A stretch of 39,413 nt of DNA from a virus (taxonomy: Duplodnaviria; Caudoviricetes). The translations under genes and the position numbers were made by a program. Of the stretch, positions 1-5,172 are shown in pieces. Within the stretch, counting starts at the first letter, position 1; each line of letters begins with the position of its first letter. Below the pieces are notes generated by a model. That model was not told the origin of the DNA, made no database searches, and saw only the letters and a program-made list of their open reading frames with translations. The stretch covers positions 1 through 39,413 of the IMG/VR virus record IMGVR_UViG_3300035180_000319; one strand, given 5' to 3'.

Positions 1-71
1 CGATTCTCCATATTTTGGCCGGGTTAGGAATTTTGGGATTTCGCTGGCCGTTTCGTCATCCCATGAAAAAC

Positions 72-100
72 ATTATACAGGGTTTAATTCATTTTTGCAA
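72..100 (-). promoter_or_regulatory. sigma70 promoter (early, leftward), duplicate copy A
   Basis: Minus strand TTGCAA(100-95)-17 bp-TATAAT(77-72); an A24 tract lies directly upstream on the minus strand. Confidence 0.75.
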
Positions 101-144
101 GTATTTTTTTTTTTTTTTTTTTTTTTTGTTATCTTATGAAAAAC

Positions 145-173
145 ATTATATAGGATTTAATTCATTTTTGCAA
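145..173 (-). promoter_or_regulatory. sigma70 promoter (early, leftward), duplicate copy B
   Basis: Minus strand TTGCAA(173-168)-17 bp-TATAAT(150-145); overlaps the 3' end of ORF 157-366. Confidence 0.7.
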
Positions 174-366
174 GTTTTTCTTTGAAATATTTAGCTTTTT
201 TTCCACAACCAAAAAATAAAGCGTTTCTTTCAGCCATGCAGTATTCAGCATCCTGTTCAATCTTAATCTTTTCGCCAGAAACAGGGCTGATATAATAAGT
301 AGGTTCCTTTAGTTTTCTGGTGCAGTAACCAGCATTAAAAAACTGGCAATCTTTGCAAAGTTTCAT
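157..366 (-). CDS. Small Cys-rich hypothetical protein (possible Zn-binding)
   Basis: 69 aa, CxxC..C..C..C pattern; AAGGA RBS; ATGA overlap with the upstream ORF. Confidence 0.75.
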   Translation of the reverse strand: MKLCKDCQFFNAGYCTRKLKEPTYYISPVSGEKIKIEQDAEYCMAERNALFFGCGKKAKYFKEKLAKMN

Positions 367-530
367 TTTGTCAATTCCTTTTTAGTCTTAATCAACAAAT
401 TCATGGCTTCCTTTTCAGGCATATAAAGCGCCAGCATATTAAACGAAGCGGAAAAGCTAAACTCCATAGCCTTAAACATGGCAAGAATATATGAAACCTT
501 TGCATTGTTATTGCTATTTACTGTTTCCAT
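363..530 (-). CDS. Hypothetical protein, 55 aa (not in ORF track)
   Basis: Manual translation METVNSNNNAKVSYILAMFKAMEFSFSASFNMLALYMPEKEAMNLLIKTKKELTK; AAGGGG RBS; its TGA overlaps the next ATG; TATAAT on the minus strand at 569-564. Confidence 0.7.
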   Translation of the reverse strand: METVNSNNNAKVSYILAMFKAMEFSFSASFNMLALYMPEKEAMNLLIKTKKELTK

Positions 531-636
531 TTTTAACCCCTTATTTGTTTACCTGATAAGCTTATTATACATGAAATCACAAAAAAGTGTACGATTATTT
601 TTATGGCGTTATAAATAAAATTAGTGCAAAAAGCGC

Positions 637-672
637 TTGACAATTTTTTGACGGCATGGTAAAATTGGCGCG
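637..672 (+). promoter_or_regulatory. Repeated antisense sigma70 promoter, copy 1
   Basis: TTGACA(637-642)-17 bp-TAAAAT(660-665) with extended -10 TG and downstream TGGCGCG. Confidence 0.85.
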
Positions 673-674
673 GC

Positions 675-726
675 CAAGTCATTGATTTTAATAGCTTTTT
701 TATTTTCCTTTATAATCAATGGCTTG
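675..726. promoter_or_regulatory. Inverted pair of IHF consensus sites
   Basis: 675-687 on the minus strand reads AATCAA-TGAC-TTG; 714-726 on the plus strand reads AATCAA-TGGC-TTG; both fit WATCAA-N4-TTR exactly. Confidence 0.65.
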
Positions 727-744
727 CGAAAAATTAAGGGTAAA

Positions 745-771
745 ACAAAACCCGGATTTACCGGGTTTTGT
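745..771. terminator. Intrinsic terminator, probably bidirectional
   Basis: ACAAAACCCGG-ATTTA-CCGGGTTTTGT 11-bp stem just after the exonuclease stop. Confidence 0.8.
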
Positions 772-780
772 CAAGGGTTT

Positions 781-1467
781 TTATTTTGCAACGAATGCAT
801 CTTTTAGTTGACATTCTCGCCAATTATAAGGCCGCATTTTTTTACGCCAATTTTTACTTTTCAAAACATTAACCAAAATATGCCGCTCAAAATCTTTGCA
901 ATCTGCTAACGCTGTGTGCTGTTCTTCAGCCTTTATGCCAGTAACATAATGGCTCATTACTTCAGCATTGGTTTGATAAGTGGCATTCCCTAAATCAGTA
1001 ACATTATTAAAATAATGGTTATCAAGTACGAATTGGCGATATTTTTTAGTTTGACCATGCAGGCCGTATGCTATCTGCCACAAACAAAGATATTCATTAA
1101 ACCGGCTGAAATCAATCCCTGATTTCTGCAATTTATCTTTATCAAAAGCGGCATTATAGGATACGGCTATAACTTCGGGATATTTTGCTATAACGCGATC
1201 AAGCCAGCGATTAACGCCCTGAACCGATGATATCATAATCGAACCATTTTCCAGCATATTAGCATATTTTTGCTGGCGTAGTTTCAGATTCCAAAGCGTG
1301 CTTTGGTTATCATGAAATAATGGCTCATTAGCAAAATCCTTAAGAATAACTGAACATTCCGATTCGATAGTGCCATGCCGATCACACAAAACTGCACCAA
1401 AATCGTAAACGTGATCCTGCATTGTGGTTTCTGTGTCAATTATCAAAAACATCTGTTTTTTTGCCAT
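781..1467 (-). CDS. DEDDh-family 3'-5' exonuclease (DnaQ-like)
   Basis: ExoI IDTETT, ExoII YNAAFD, ExoIII HTALAD; start moved to MAKKQ at 1467, behind an AGGA RBS and a promoter. Confidence 0.85.
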   Translation of the reverse strand: MAKKQMFLIIDTETTMQDHVYDFGAVLCDRHGTIESECSVILKDFANEPLFHDNQSTLWNLKLRQQKYANMLENGSIMISSVQGVNRWLDRVIAKYPEVIAVSYNAAFDKDKLQKSGIDFSRFNEYLCLWQIAYGLHGQTKKYRQFVLDNHYFNNVTDLGNATYQTNAEVMSHYVTGIKAEEQHTALADCKDFERHILVNVLKSKNWRKKMRPYNWRECQLKDAFVAK

Positions 1468-1531
1468 TTTCTTTTTTCCTATTTTACCGTTTTGCAATAT
1501 GCTGGTACGGACAATCAACCATGAAGCGCTT

Positions 1532-1561
1532 ATTATACAGCATTTTTAATAAAAAATGCAA
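1532..1561 (-). promoter_or_regulatory. sigma70 promoter for the exonuclease
   Basis: Minus strand TTGCAT-18 bp-TATAAT. Confidence 0.55.
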
Positions 1562-1564
1562 ATT

Positions 1565-2047
1565 TTAATGGCCTTGTTTGGAAGGAATATAAACCCCTTT
1601 AATATTAAACTTATCGCAAACAGCCTTTAGGTAACTGGTATTATCCTCAAAAAATACGGCATTATTGCAGGCTGTTCTAAAATTTTTAAGATTAAAAAAT
1701 TTTTGCAGACCTTTAATTTTCAGAGTAGCACCAGATTGGCTATCGCCTTCCTTTCTGCTGATAAAGTAGTCTGGCTTACCTAGTTTTTCATTAACAAATT
1801 TCCAGTCCTGCTCGCCCATTACTCTAGCAGTCGCAATTATAACGTAAGTTTCGTTATCTGCCAAATCCGCTTTATATTGTTCTGCTAATGGCAGCAATGA
1901 ATCGTTAAAAGCTTTATGGCTGTTATTGCGCCAATAGTCTAAATCAATAACTTCCTTACCATTTTTTTCTATCGTCTTATAACGATGCAAGCTACAAACT
2001 ATCGTACCATCCATATCATATATTGCCAATTTTTTAATCATTTCCAT
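1565..2047 (-). CDS. HAD-superfamily phosphatase (possible nucleotidase, analogous in context to T5 dmp)
   Basis: Motif I YDMDGT, motif II ATAR, motif III K, motif IV FFEDN; early-region location. Confidence 0.8.
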   Translation of the reverse strand: MEMIKKLAIYDMDGTIVCSLHRYKTIEKNGKEVIDLDYWRNNSHKAFNDSLLPLAEQYKADLADNETYVIIATARVMGEQDWKFVNEKLGKPDYFISRKEGDSQSGATLKIKGLQKFFNLKNFRTACNNAVFFEDNTSYLKAVCDKFNIKGVYIPSKQGH

Positions 2048-2071
2048 TTCCTTGTTTACCTAGTGAAAATA

Positions 2072-2099
2072 ATTATATATGAACAAATAAAAAATGCAA
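2072..2099 (-). promoter_or_regulatory. sigma70 promoter for the HAD gene
   Basis: Minus strand TTGCAT-16 bp-TATAAT; AT-rich upstream tract shared with plus-strand copy 2. Confidence 0.55.
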
Positions 2100-2154
2100 G
2101 ATAATTTTTATATTTTCTAGGCTAAATATATTTTTATATTTTTACAGGAAACGC

Positions 2155-2190
2155 TTGACACGTACAATTTTACATGGTAAAATTGGCGCG
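2155..2190 (+). promoter_or_regulatory. Repeated antisense sigma70 promoter, copy 2
   Basis: TTGACA(2155-2160)-17 bp-TAAAAT(2178-2183), extended -10 TG, then TGGCGCG. Confidence 0.85.
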
Positions 2191-2221
2191 CCCAAATGAT
2201 AATCATTCTCATTTGGGTTTT
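2191..2221. promoter_or_regulatory. Fur box embedded in a terminator-like hairpin
   Basis: CCCAAATGA-TAATCATTC-TCATTTGGG then TTTT; 2197-2211 TGATAAT-C-ATTCTCA matches 13/14 of the 7-1-7 Fur consensus. Confidence 0.75.
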
Positions 2222-2230
2222 GTCAGTGTA

Positions 2231-2479
2231 TTATGCTGGATTTACAACAAAGACAATCTTGTCCGGAATCCGTGAAGGATATTCATTAGAAAAAGTTAAG
2301 TATTTAATTTTAGGATTAGATACAAGCAATTCTGGGCTGTAAGCAGGGAAATATTTATAATTCAAATATTCTAACGCTTTCCTAATAATTGCCTTTTCGT
2401 CAAAATATGCGCCAAATTCATTTTTTGGAATTTGGCTGATATCCTCATATAACTCCATGATATCTATAGTAAGTTTCAT
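2231..2479 (-). CDS. Hypothetical protein
   Basis: ORF from track; start moved to MKLTID at 2479, which forms an ATGA overlap with the upstream small ORF. Confidence 0.7.
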   Translation of the reverse strand: MKLTIDIMELYEDISQIPKNEFGAYFDEKAIIRKALEYLNYKYFPAYSPELLVSNPKIKYLTFSNEYPSRIPDKIVFVVNPA

Positions 2480-2610
2480 TTTCTCATTCTCCAATCATAA
2501 TATACTGAAATCAACAAGAGGATTAAAATACCCATTAAATCATATGCTTTTACTTCCATAAAAGCATAGAAAAGTAGGGAAAGAAGCATCGCAACAGCGT
2601 ATTTTAGCAT
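2476..2610 (-). CDS. Small membrane protein, 44 aa (not in ORF track)
   Basis: Manual translation MLKYAVAMLLSLLFYAFMEVKAYDLMGILILLLISVYYDWRMRK; fills the gap and overlaps both neighbours. Confidence 0.65.
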   Translation of the reverse strand: MLKYAVAMLLSLLFYAFMEVKAYDLMGILILLLISVYYDWRMRK

Positions 2611-2966
2611 AACCCGGCCTTTTTCCTTTGATTCAGCGTTATAAGTGGGTGGTATACATCAGGGGACAATCCCATTTTAACCATTGTTTCCTTCCAATGC
2701 TTCCCATGTTTAGCATCCCCCGTCAAACGATATGCAATATGGTGGCATAATTCATGCGGAATAATAACCTTGTAAAAATATTCCTCATTGTGTGCCATTA
2801 GATATACGCTTAAATCTATTTTATTAGAATCAAGCCATGCCCGGCCAGCAGTGGACGTTAGGCGGTTATTCATAACAATAATCGGCATTTTTCCTATTTT
2901 ATCCCCAAAAATGCAAATTGCATAATTCCACCATCCCGTGGCGTTCCTTTGTGCTTTAGCTAACAT
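2604..2966 (-). CDS. SprT-like zinc metalloprotease
   Basis: RLTSTAGRA, IPHELCHH, HGKHWK..M motifs typical of the SprT family. Confidence 0.8.
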   Translation of the reverse strand: MLAKAQRNATGWWNYAICIFGDKIGKMPIIVMNNRLTSTAGRAWLDSNKIDLSVYLMAHNEEYFYKVIIPHELCHHIAYRLTGDAKHGKHWKETMVKMGLSPDVYHPLITLNQRKKAGLC

Positions 2967-3168
2967 AATTTACAATCCCCCACAAATTAACGCAAGAAAA
3001 AAATCCCCATTGCACAATTCCGGCCTTATCTCGCACGTCAACAGAAGCATAAAGCCATGCAACAGAACCAGTTAAAAATGCAATATAGCCGTAAACTTGC
3101 AAGCCAGAATTGGCAGCAACCAGAACCGAGCCGACAATTCCTGCAATAGTACCAATCCATTTGAACAT
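2956..3168 (-). CDS. Small multi-pass membrane protein
   Basis: 70 aa with three hydrophobic segments; AAGGA RBS. Confidence 0.75.
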   Translation of the reverse strand: MFKWIGTIAGIVGSVLVAANSGLQVYGYIAFLTGSVAWLYASVDVRDKAGIVQWGFFSCVNLWGIVNYVS

Positions 3169-3240
3169 TTTAATTTATCCTTAGTTGATGGAATAATTAT
3201 CCTATATTAAAAATAGTTTGCATATAACCCTGATGGGGTA

Positions 3241-3276
3241 TTGACAAGTTACGGATTATGGAGTAAAATTGGCGCG
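3241..3276 (+). promoter_or_regulatory. Repeated antisense sigma70 promoter, copy 3
   Basis: TTGACA(3241-3246)-17 bp-TAAAAT(3264-3269), then TGGCGCG. Confidence 0.85.
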
Positions 3277-3278
3277 GC

Positions 3279-3304
3279 CAAGCCATTGAAAACAATGGCT
3301 TTTT
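3279..3304. terminator. Hairpin plus T tract containing an IHF-like site
   Basis: AAGCCATTG-AAAA-CAATGGCTT-TTT; minus strand 3291-3279 TTTCAA-TGGC-TTG has one mismatch to the IHF consensus. Confidence 0.6.
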
Positions 3305-3315
3305 ATTATCAAGGG

Positions 3316-3648
3316 TTAGTCTACATTATACCCGATGCTTTCAAAATACTTCACCCAGTTATGAAAACTTAAGCCATGACCTACTTCTTCCTTATTTTCT
3401 AGCTGCCAAGCGTGGATCAATTCATGCAAAATTGTTTCCTCAATTGCTTTAGCTGTCATATTAAGAACAGTGGAAATTTTAATATTATGATATTCCTTCA
3501 TATCCTTGCCTAGTTTGGATTCATAGTATCCAAAGGTCTTATTTGATGAGCTTGGCTTAACTTTAATCCTATATTGTAGATTGAAGCCATAATACGTATT
3601 AAATGCGTTAGCTTTTTCCTCAAGGTACGCTTTAATTAACTTTTTCAT
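3316..3648 (-). CDS. Second SprT-like zinc metalloprotease
   Basis: ETILHELIHAWQ...GHGLSF motif; start moved to MKKLIK behind an AAGGA RBS. Confidence 0.75.
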   Translation of the reverse strand: MKKLIKAYLEEKANAFNTYYGFNLQYRIKVKPSSSNKTFGYYESKLGKDMKEYHNIKISTVLNMTAKAIEETILHELIHAWQLENKEEVGHGLSFHNWVKYFESIGYNVD

Positions 3649-3650
3649 GA

Positions 3651-3782
3651 TTAAAATCCTTTCCATTGAACATAACGCAATGTTACCATAAGCAGTGTAA
3701 AAAGTACAGCAAGAGGCAAAGAAGCGGCAGAAATTAATGCCATAATCATGCCCAAGGTAATGCCTTTTAATAGTGCGCCCAT
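3651..3782 (-). CDS. Small membrane protein, 43 aa
   Basis: MGALLKGITLGMIMALISAASLPLAVLFTLLMVTLRYVQWKGF with GGAG RBS; the longer track ORF runs through promoter DNA. Confidence 0.65.
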   Translation of the reverse strand: MGALLKGITLGMIMALISAASLPLAVLFTLLMVTLRYVQWKGF

Positions 3783-3818
3783 TTTGTTAGCTCCATTCAT
3801 TGTGTTATTTGATGATTC

Positions 3819-3847
3819 ATTATTGCATAGTGAGCACAATTTTGCAA
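3819..3847 (-). promoter_or_regulatory. sigma70-like promoter (leftward)
   Basis: Minus strand TTGCAA-17 bp-AATAAT. Confidence 0.5.
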
Positions 3848-3880
3848 CATATTTATTTATATTTATTTTTGATTTACCTA

Positions 3881-3916
3881 TTGACACCGACAGTTTTACA
3901 TGGTAAAATTGGCGCC
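3881..3916 (+). promoter_or_regulatory. Repeated antisense sigma70 promoter, copy 4
   Basis: TTGACA(3881-3886)-17 bp-TAAAAT(3904-3909), extended -10 TG, then TGGCGCC. Confidence 0.85.
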
Positions 3917-3922
3917 GCCAGA

Positions 3923-3937
3923 TGCTAATGATTCTCA
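3923..3937. promoter_or_regulatory. Fur-box-like site
   Basis: TGCTAAT-G-ATTCTCA matches 12/14 of the 7-1-7 Fur consensus; similar position relative to the promoter as in copy 2. Confidence 0.55.
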
Positions 3938-3951
3938 TTCGCTATACAGTA

Positions 3952-3999
3952 GAACATCAAGCTGGCATGATCTTTGCTTATCATGCCAGCTTGATGTTC
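3952..3999. repeat. Perfect 20-bp inverted repeat containing a sigma54 -24/-12 motif
   Basis: GAACATCAAGCTGGCATGAT-CTTTGCTT-ATCATGCCAGCTTGATGTTC; TGGCAT-N5-TTGCT at 3963-3978. Confidence 0.85.
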
Positions 4000-4321
4000 A
4001 TTCAGCTTTAATGGCTTTCAGAAGTTTAGCAAGTACAGTCCTATTTGCTTTAGACAAGGAAGCGCATTCTGCTTCAGTAGCGCAGACCAGAAACCCGACC
4101 TGATAAGCCAGATCATCCTTTTTAACAGTAGCCTTATCAGACTGTGCATTTTTGACCTTGGCTTTGTAACAGCCTTCCCTGCTAAGTTTAGCAACAACAG
4201 ACCTAACGCTCTTACCCATGCGCTTCGCCAGTACCTCCACAGTGACGCCCTCGTTAGTATATGCCTCAATCATTGCGGCAGTTTGTTCAGCAGTATAGTT
4301 TACTTGTTTAGTGGTTGCCAT
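3998..4321 (-). CDS. A2: T5 A2-like DNA-binding protein
   Basis: NYT..., LAKRMGKSVRSVVAKLSREGCYK, KDDL, SLSKAN..L pattern recalls T5 A2; consensus promoter and AAGGAG RBS. Confidence 0.65.
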   Translation of the reverse strand: MATTKQVNYTAEQTAAMIEAYTNEGVTVEVLAKRMGKSVRSVVAKLSREGCYKAKVKNAQSDKATVKKDDLAYQVGFLVCATEAECASLSKANRTVLAKLLKAIKAE

Positions 4322-4361
4322 TTTTTGATTCTCCTTAGTTTTTACTGCATTGAAAGATTAT

Positions 4362-4390
4362 ATTATATTAGAGTTAAGCATAGCTGTCAA
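4362..4390 (-). promoter_or_regulatory. Consensus sigma70 promoter for the A2-like gene
   Basis: Minus strand TTGACA(4390-4385)-17 bp-TATAAT(4367-4362). Confidence 0.85.
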
Positions 4391-4434
4391 GGATTATTTT
4401 ACTAATATTATATTTATTTTTTATTTGTTATCTA

Positions 4435-4463
4435 TTGCATTCTACTGTATAGTATGATATACT
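4435..4463 (+). promoter_or_regulatory. Rightward sigma70 promoter reading into the GC-rich junction element
   Basis: TTGCAT-17 bp-TATACT with extended -10 TG. Confidence 0.6.
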
Positions 4464-4556
4464 AGGGCAGGGCGGTTATTAGACTCGCTATTTTTCAACC
4501 GCTCGCCGACCCACCCACACGTAAAACTTTATAAGGCCCCATCAAAAGTCAATTAG

Positions 4557-4617
4557 GCGATAATTGCGATAATTGCGATAATTGCGATAATTGCGATAAT
4601 TGCGATAATTGCGATAA
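4557..4617. repeat. Tandem 9-bp repeat (GCGATAATT) x6 plus a 7-bp partial unit
   Basis: Directly visible perfect units, no spacers. Confidence 0.95.
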
Positions 4618-4635
4618 GCATAAAAAATTTTTAAC

Positions 4636-4664
4636 TTGACATAACTTCCTTAAGCTGTTATAAT
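4636..4664 (+). promoter_or_regulatory. Late-operon sigma70 promoter
   Basis: AAAAAATTTTT-AAC-TTGACA-17 bp-TATAAT with extended -10 TG. Confidence 0.85.
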
Positions 4665-4692
4665 ATCTATATTATCATAATTATAATATAAC

Positions 4693-5172
4693 ATGAGCCT
4701 ACCTATTACTCCACCTGCACAAGCAGTACAAATCTCTCCAGAAGCATTGGAAGTAGCTAATCTCTATTTACAATGCCAAAATATGCAAACTGTATCGCTA
4801 GAATTAGATATACCAATAGAGGAAGTATCTGCAATACTATCGCGCCGAGAGGTAAGAGCCTATATTGACCAAGTATTCCAAGATGTTGGGTTTAATAATA
4901 GATTTAGGATGAGAGGTGTAATGGATACTCTAATCCAAAAGAAACTTAAAGAGTTAGACGAAGCCGATATAGGATCATCAAAAGATATTGCAGATCTATT
5001 AGCCCTTAGTCATAAAATGACTATGGAAGTCTTAGATAGAGAGATTAAATTAGAGACAGCAAGGGCTAATAATACAAAAGTCCAAACTCAAGTTAATATG
5101 CAAGTTAATGATTTTGGGGATGGCAGTAAGTACGGAGACCTTATTAATAAATTGTTATCAGAAGGTAAATGA
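4693..5172 (+). CDS. terS: Terminase small subunit (T5-like)
   Basis: ISPE.LEV...YLQ, EV.AYID.VF.D.GF.NR, KKL.ELDE..IGSSKDI, HKM.ME motifs resemble T5 TerS; position upstream of TerL. Confidence 0.85.
   Translation: MSLPITPPAQAVQISPEALEVANLYLQCQNMQTVSLELDIPIEEVSAILSRREVRAYIDQVFQDVGFNNRFRMRGVMDTLIQKKLKELDEADIGSSKDIADLLALSHKMTMEVLDREIKLETARANNTKVQTQVNMQVNDFGDGSKYGDLINKLLSEGK

Larger units (their letters stand above)
63..175. repeat. Direct duplication of a ~40-bp promoter block separated by a T24 homopolymer
   Basis: ATGAAAAACATTATAcagggTTTAATTCATTTTTGCAAGT at 63-102 and ATGAAAAACATTATAtaggaTTTAATTCATTTTTGCAAGT at 136-175; T run at 104-127. Confidence 0.9.

Noticed and set aside
682-695. FNR or CRP sites in the early intergenic regions
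   Set aside because: Only half-sites (TTGAT at 682, TCACA at 577) without correctly spaced partners
3783-3938. N-terminal extension of ORF 3651-3938
   Set aside because: Runs through two promoters and an AT tract; a GGAG RBS supports the start at 3782
3900-4103. Plus-strand 67-aa ORF from the track
   Set aside because: Its ATG is part of the repeated extended -10 motif, upstream of the predicted +1; no RBS; antisense to the A2-like gene
4018-4269. Alternate-frame 83-aa ORF inside the A2-like gene
   Set aside because: Fully nested, no RBS, no recognisable motif
4443-4462. LexA (SOS) box at 4445 or 3934-3949
   Set aside because: Only one CTGT/ACAG half-site in each case; the CTGT-N8-ACAG pairing is not met
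4557-4617. CRISPR array
   Set aside because: Contiguous 9-bp units with no spacers and no cas genes; the dispersed promoter repeats are separated by genes, not spacers
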